Below, piece by piece: positions 59,046 to 64,000 of a DNA stretch of 64,000 bases (position 1 is the first letter of the stretch; the number at the start of each line of letters is the position of its first letter). The stretch is from Candidatus Hydrothermarchaeota archaeon (GTDB lineage Archaea > CAYFZR01): positions 1 to 64,000 of the forward strand of contig JBHIEG010000001.1 of NCBI GenBank assembly GCA_046760505.1. Direction: 5' to 3'. The notes below the pieces were generated by a model. That model did no database searches and was not told the DNA's origin. It saw nothing but the letters and a program-made list of their open reading frames with translations. The translations under genes were made by a program, and so were the position numbers.

Positions 59046-59723
59046 TCACCTCTTATGCCCTACAGGCATTATATAGATGGGTTTATGATCTGATGGAAGT
59101 TTGAGGACTTCTTGGACTTCATCATCGTAAAAAGCTCCAACTACCGTTGTTCCTAAGTTTAAAGAAACGCATTGAAGGTATATATTCTGGGCAACATGTC
59201 CTGCTTCCATGTAAACATATCTTTCTCCTCTCTCACCATATTTCCTCTTCGTCCTTTCGAATACAGCTGTGATTATAATGTCGACGGGGGCCTCTCTAAC
59301 CCATTCCTGATCTAAAGCTGCTTTTGAAAGGTTTTTTCTAACATCTCCAGCGTATTTTTGCTCCAACGAATGAGTCCAAGGATCGTAGTGATATATTCCT
59401 TCTTTCGTTACTACGTATATTTCCATAGGGTAAAGAGCTCCAGCCGAGGGTGCAGTTCTGAATCCTTTTGGTCTGTACGTTATTCCTTGAGCCGCCCAGA
59501 GAATCTGTGAAATTTCCTCTAAACTGAGATTCTTCTCACTGTATTCTCTTATGGATCTTCTCTCAAGGATTGCTTCCTCTACAGATTTATTGCTTGTATA
59601 ACGAGGCTCAGGAAGCATGATTATCTTGTCTACTTCTTTTAATTCTCTCTTTTCAGTTATGCAGAGGCTTGTGGGCAGAATTAAGATGATTGAAAGGCAT
59701 ATTGCATTTATATTTCGATACAT
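59046..59723 (-). CDS. SagB/ThcOx-type nitroreductase-family protein with a signal-like N-terminus
   Basis: RRSIREY, ILWAAQG, RTAPSAGALYP, MEAGHVAQN, VGAF.DD. Confidence 0.88.
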   Translation of the reverse strand: MYRNINAICLSIILILPTSLCITEKRELKEVDKIIMLPEPRYTSNKSVEEAILERRSIREYSEKNLSLEEISQILWAAQGITYRPKGFRTAPSAGALYPMEIYVVTKEGIYHYDPWTHSLEQKYAGDVRKNLSKAALDQEWVREAPVDIIITAVFERTKRKYGERGERYVYMEAGHVAQNIYLQCVSLNLGTTVVGAFYDDEVQEVLKLPSDHKPIYIMPVGHKR

Positions 59724-59795
59724 TTTCCAATCTAATGAAGTTATTCGGTTTATCGATAAAAGTGTTTCTTTGTTAGGAAATTTGAATCTTTAAGA

Positions 59796-59985
59796 TCACT
59801 CCTTGGAAAAGATCTCTACTGCTTTTTCAACGGAAGACACTCTCTCAGTACATTCGTATCATGAACCCTCTCGAAGTATTCTTTCAGCCCTTCAGGCGTC
59901 TTCAGGTTCAGGCCAGTAAGTTGCCTACAGTTCACGTAACCAAACCTATCCTTGAATGCAGTTAAAAATTCATCGACCATATCGG
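59796..59985 (-). pseudogene. Frameshifted 3' remnant of a C-GCAxxG-C-C family redox protein gene
   Basis: DMVDEFLTAFKDRFGYVNCRQLTGLNLKTPEGLKEYFERVH, then in a shifted frame YECTERVSSVEKAVEIFSKE*; no 5' half visible. Confidence 0.55.
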
Positions 59986-60113
59986 TTGAGGATCTTCTTC
60001 TATGCTTGTTCTCCCACTCCTACTTTTGCACTAAACACACAACCAGAAATCTAAACGGTCTTTGCTTTAATTTGTTCACAGGACCGATCTAGAGAAAAAG
60101 TATATTGAGAGAT

Positions 60114-60347
60114 CTATTTTACTTTCTTGGAGAATATTGTTCTCGTCTCAACGATTCCTTTGATTTGTAAGATCTTATCTGTTACTAGGTCTATAACCTT
60201 CTCGGGATCATCGATACCTATCTTCGCAAGAACGTCATATTGGCCTGTGATAAGATAAACTTCCAAAATCTGATCAATTTCTGCCATTTCTTCGGCAATG
60301 GTCTTTTCTTTTCCGGCCTCGGCTCTAACAACTATAAAAGCACTCAT
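60114..60347 (-). CDS. Stand-alone Lrp/AsnC ligand-binding (RAM) domain protein
   Basis: AFIVV...G, EVYLITGQYDVLAKI, I.GIVETRT. Confidence 0.85.
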   Translation of the reverse strand: MSAFIVVRAEAGKEKTIAEEMAEIDQILEVYLITGQYDVLAKIGIDDPEKVIDLVTDKILQIKGIVETRTIFSKKVK

Positions 60348-60489
60348 CCTTTCACCCTATTATAATTGGAGAAGAAATTACTTAAGATTTATTCATGTAT
60401 CCCATCAATCGTGTATATTATCTCGTAGGTGTGTATCAAATAATGAGTAACCCAAAGTTAGAAATGGTAGTATTACTTAAGATAAAACC

Positions 60490-61212
60490 ATGTCCGAAAA
60501 AATGGAAACTTCTCGGAAGAATAAGTTTGCCAGATTTGACAAGGATTTTCTCAGGCAAATAGGGATGTTTAGCAAGCCGAGAAAATATAAGGCTCCAATC
60601 TCCAATGAAGAGTTAATGGAAGATTTAGAGAGATACAGAGAATTTGCTTTTAAGCTTGGATGTGAGGATGCGAAAATAATTCCAGGCTCGATGGTTAATG
60701 TGGATGAGAGGCTGAGATTAAAGTGCAGAATTTCCGCATGCCATCACTACAATAACTGCATAAACTGTCCGCCCTATTCCCCAACAGCCGAGGAGATGGC
60801 GAGAATCATTCCAAAATACAAGTATGCTTTGTTCATAAAAAGGGACGTTGATCCCAAAGAAGATTTCATAGATCCAAAGGAAGAAGATGACATAGCAAGA
60901 CATTACAGAAAAAATATGGAGATAGTAGGTCTCCTAGAGGCTCAAGCATTTAGTGATGGTTACTACTTCGCAATGGGCTTTGCAGGAGGTTCCTGCCAGC
61001 ATGCACTCTGCATGATGCAGCCCTGCAATGTTTTAAAGGGGGAAAGATGCAGGTTTATATTAAAAGCCCGACCTGCAATGGAGGCAGTGGGAATAGATGT
61101 CATAGACATTGCAATAAAGGTTGGATGGGAACTCTATCCGGTTCGAGCCAGACCAATTCCACCAGAAGAATTTCCATGTGCTAAAACTTTCGGTATTATC
61201 TTCGTTCACTGA
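60490..61212 (+). CDS. DUF2284 family metal-binding protein
   Basis: RLKC...C..Y...NCPPYSP, GFAGGSC..C...C...C, ARPAMEAVGIDV. Confidence 0.82.
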   Translation: MSEKMETSRKNKFARFDKDFLRQIGMFSKPRKYKAPISNEELMEDLERYREFAFKLGCEDAKIIPGSMVNVDERLRLKCRISACHHYNNCINCPPYSPTAEEMARIIPKYKYALFIKRDVDPKEDFIDPKEEDDIARHYRKNMEIVGLLEAQAFSDGYYFAMGFAGGSCQHALCMMQPCNVLKGERCRFILKARPAMEAVGIDVIDIAIKVGWELYPVRARPIPPEEFPCAKTFGIIFVH

Positions 61213-61295
61213 GACTTCTAAGCATTCCTTTTTATTTTTTTATACCTGATAGATGCCGCTAAGGTTTAAATCATTTGATAACTTTTATAGCTCCT

Positions 61296-62540
61296 ATGAG
61301 AGTGTACGTTGAGAGCTACGGCTGTACCATGAACAAGGGAGATGCGGATTTAATCAGAGGTATTCTATCAATGAATGGTTTCTCCTTGGTAGATTCCCTG
61401 AGCGAGGCAGATCTTGTTGTAATAAATACATGTACGGTAAAAGGACCCACAGAAAGAAAGATGATAAAAAGAATTAAAGAAATCAAAGAAACGAACAAAA
61501 AACTTGTTGTAAGCGGTTGCATGAGCATGGCTCAGCCCGAACTTGTAAAGAGGATTCATCCCAAGGCTATTCTTTTAGGACCTAAAAGCGTGGACAAGAT
61601 CATACCTGCAATAGAAAGGGATTCCGACTTTTTGGATGAAAAAACTCCAAACAAAACCGATTTACCAACAGCAGAGAATTCCAAAATAATACAGATCTCA
61701 GAGGGTTGCTTGGGGAACTGCTCATATTGTATAGTCAAAATGGCGAGAGGTCAATTAAAAAGCTTTCCTTTGAGGAACATAATTAAGAGGCTAAGAGAAT
61801 TCGTTGAAAAGGGAAGAAAGGAGATACTTCTAACCGCTTTGGACACCGCTGCCTACGGTCAGGACTTGGGTCTGAATTTGGCAGATCTTTTGTACGAGAT
61901 AGATAAAATTGATGGTGAATTTTGGGTTAGAGTAGGAATGATGAATCCATCTCATGCCTTAGATTTTACAGACGAATTAGTAAACGCTTTTAAATCAGAA
62001 AAAATTTATAAATTCCTGCATTTACCGGTTCAGAGCGGGGACGATGATATCTTGGAGAAGATGAACAGGAATTATACCGTCGATGATTTTAAGTATATCG
62101 TAAATAGATTTAGGAAGGAGATACCCTATTTAACTCTTTCAACAGATGTGATTGTGGGATTTCCTACTGAAACAGAAGAGCAATTTCAAAATACATATAA
62201 ACTAATTGAGAAAATAGAGCCGGACGTGCTTAACATAACAAGATTTTCCCCTAGACCTTTTACTGAGGCAAGCAGGATGAAACAAATACCTGACTGGATA
62301 AAAAAGAACAGATCTAGGAAAATAAATGAGTTGAGATCCCGAATCTCATTAGAGAAGAATAAAAGATGGATAGGAAAAAGATTAAAGGTTCTTATATCCG
62401 AAAAAGGTAAAAAAGATGATTTTATCGCTAGAACCTTCTCATACAAGCCTGTTATTGTCTCGAAGGATGGGAAGATGCTCAACGAGTTCATAGAGGTAGA
62501 TATCACCGGTGCCAAGGAAAATTACCTGTTAGGCTCTTAA
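61296..62540 (+). CDS. tRNA t6A37 methylthiotransferase, archaeal MiaB-like (e-MtaB/CDKAL1 type)
   Basis: ESYGCTMN, INTCTVK, GCLGNCSYC, RVGMMNP, HLPVQSG, DVIVGFPTETEE, C-terminal TRAM domain. Confidence 0.92.
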   Translation: MRVYVESYGCTMNKGDADLIRGILSMNGFSLVDSLSEADLVVINTCTVKGPTERKMIKRIKEIKETNKKLVVSGCMSMAQPELVKRIHPKAILLGPKSVDKIIPAIERDSDFLDEKTPNKTDLPTAENSKIIQISEGCLGNCSYCIVKMARGQLKSFPLRNIIKRLREFVEKGRKEILLTALDTAAYGQDLGLNLADLLYEIDKIDGEFWVRVGMMNPSHALDFTDELVNAFKSEKIYKFLHLPVQSGDDDILEKMNRNYTVDDFKYIVNRFRKEIPYLTLSTDVIVGFPTETEEQFQNTYKLIEKIEPDVLNITRFSPRPFTEASRMKQIPDWIKKNRSRKINELRSRISLEKNKRWIGKRLKVLISEKGKKDDFIARTFSYKPVIVSKDGKMLNEFIEVDITGAKENYLLGS

Positions 62541-62555
62541 ATAAATCAAATTAAA

Positions 62556-62873
62556 TCAACATCCCGTGGGCTCTATAGCCTGCTCTTCAGACCAGAGCAT
62601 TATCAGATTTTTGTTTTCTAGCCTCTTCAGCACTCCATATAACAACTCGGGATCTAAATCTGTTCTTATCGAAAGTTCCAGAAGGGATATCGCTTCTTCG
62701 TTAGAACTGGGGATATGGGTGAATACCATACCTTCAAGCCCATCTAATTTAACCTTCTTCTTAATAAATGAAGCAATCTTTAACTTTCTGGGTATTAATA
62801 CGACTTTAACAGGATCGCCTTCCCTTTCTGTCCCTTCAAACTTTTCAACACAGTATATTTTTCCTATGTCCAT
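62556..62873 (-). CDS. Hypothetical protein with a possible C-terminal winged helix
   Basis: ISLLELSIRTDL..ELLYGVLKRLENKNLI; overlaps the upstream gene. Confidence 0.6.
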   Translation of the reverse strand: MDIGKIYCVEKFEGTEREGDPVKVVLIPRKLKIASFIKKKVKLDGLEGMVFTHIPSSNEEAISLLELSIRTDLDPELLYGVLKRLENKNLIMLWSEEQAIEPTGC

Positions 62874-63406
62874 TCAATATCACTTGAATCTAAAATTTTT
62901 CCGTTCAAGACTTCTTCTATTTGTTTAAGAGCCCACTCATGGTCTTCTTCGTTCAACCCTGCTACGCAATCTCTCGGTACTGTTATCCTGTAACCTAGAT
63001 TGACTGCATCACTCGAAGTATAGAGCACGCATATATTCGTAACGATTCCGGTGATTATTAATTCCTCCACCTTAAATTCTCTGAGAATTGAATCTAAATC
63101 AGTGCCAAAAAATCCACTATACTTCCTTTTACGAACGATATAATCATTTTTTTCAGGTTTTAGTTCATCTATAACTTCTGATCCTTCTGTGCCGCTCACA
63201 CAGTGTCTGGGCCATATATCGAATTCAGGATCATCTTCTCTATGACTATCACATATATATATTACCATAGTTTTTGTTTTTCTAGCCTTTTCAATCAAAT
63301 TTTTTATTGGATTAATGATATTTCTAGATTCTGGAACTTCCAGTGGTGCATTTTCTTTAACAAAATCTTTTAACATGTCTATGATTAGCAATGCCTTCAT
63401 AACCAT
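62864..63406 (-). CDS. Isochorismatase/nicotinamidase family cysteine hydrolase
   Basis: LLIIDMLKDF, DSH, WPRHC, KRKYSGF, TGIVTNICV. Confidence 0.9.
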   Translation of the reverse strand: MVMKALLIIDMLKDFVKENAPLEVPESRNIINPIKNLIEKARKTKTMVIYICDSHREDDPEFDIWPRHCVSGTEGSEVIDELKPEKNDYIVRKRKYSGFFGTDLDSILREFKVEELIITGIVTNICVLYTSSDAVNLGYRITVPRDCVAGLNEEDHEWALKQIEEVLNGKILDSSDIEWT

Positions 63407-63454
63407 CCCAAATTTAATTAAACAAATGTGCTTAAGTATTTGTCGCGCCCAGAA

Positions 63455-63754
63455 TTAGGTGAATTTAAAGAGCAAAAATTCTAGTAGTAGAGCAGAGAGT
63501 AAAATGATCCAGAATACAGGGTGGGTGAATATGAGGTTAAATCTCATCTTCCATGTAACGTGAGGAGTTAGATACTTGTTTAGTTCGAGTTCAACCTCTC
63601 TTATGAGATCGAGATTATCGAATTGAGGGTTGTTCTTGATGAGTTCTAGGTTTCTGCTAATTTCCATTCTTCTTCGAACTGGAATATTTCTCTGAACTTT
63701 CCTGAACTTATTCTCCAGATCCGTCACTACGTCAATACCAGCTTCCATAGCCAT
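63455..63754 (-). CDS. Hypothetical tail-anchored membrane protein
   Basis: 99 aa with a single C-terminal TM segment. Confidence 0.6.
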   Translation of the reverse strand: MAMEAGIDVVTDLENKFRKVQRNIPVRRRMEISRNLELIKNNPQFDNLDLIREVELELNKYLTPHVTWKMRFNLIFTHPVFWIILLSALLLEFLLFKFT

Positions 63755-63884
63755 CTTCTCTAATCTAAATCGTTGTGATTTAGATGATAAACAACTTTTT
63801 AATTTGTAAAACCTATTTAATATACTTTTTCGTTTTGAAATTTTGGATATGATTTTTGTATAAGTTTTTAGTAACTAAAAAATA

Positions 63885-64000
63885 ATGGAAGTTCATTTGT
63901 TGCGGATCGGTGAAGTTGAGGATAAAATATTGAGCGAGATAAAGAATGATGTAGAAGAGGCTTTCAAGGGAATTGTTACGATAAAACTATCGGATACTTT
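63885..64000 (+). CDS. Partial CDS running off the window; N-terminus resembles archaemetzincin
   Basis: MEVHLLRIGEVEDKILSEIKNDVEEAFKG...; the zinc-binding motif would lie beyond the window. Confidence 0.45.
   Translation, partial: MEVHLLRIGEVEDKILSEIKNDVEEAFKGIVTIKLSDT

Overview
Archaeal genomic segment: AT-rich, with TATA/BRE promoters, GGAGGTG/GGTGA ribosome-binding sites, a Fae-Hps fusion, the aconitase-X/UbiD archaeal mevalonate genes and an archaeal MiaB-like methylthiotransferase. It contains tRNA-Leu(TAG), a stand-alone NifB-like radical SAM gene, an Opp/Dpp ABC operon interrupted by a VapBC module, and many housekeeping genes. Three loci stand out. (1) A ~16 kb island (22.7-38.5 kb) with a heterodimeric class III CoA-transferase operon plus two small Cys-rich genes, a structured riboswitch-like leader, paired MBL-TPR hydrolases, a complete corrinoid methyltransferase module and a 2-hydroxyacyl-CoA dehydratase-like gene. 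(2) A MoxR AAA+ / HExxH-vWA / FwdC-like beta-helix operon. (3) An mre11-rad50 pair with no adjacent nurA/herA, overlapping tail-to-tail with a full-architecture Dna2-like Fe-S nuclease-helicase. No CRISPR array, rRNA, integrase or transposase was seen. All family assignments come from motifs read by eye; no database searches were run.
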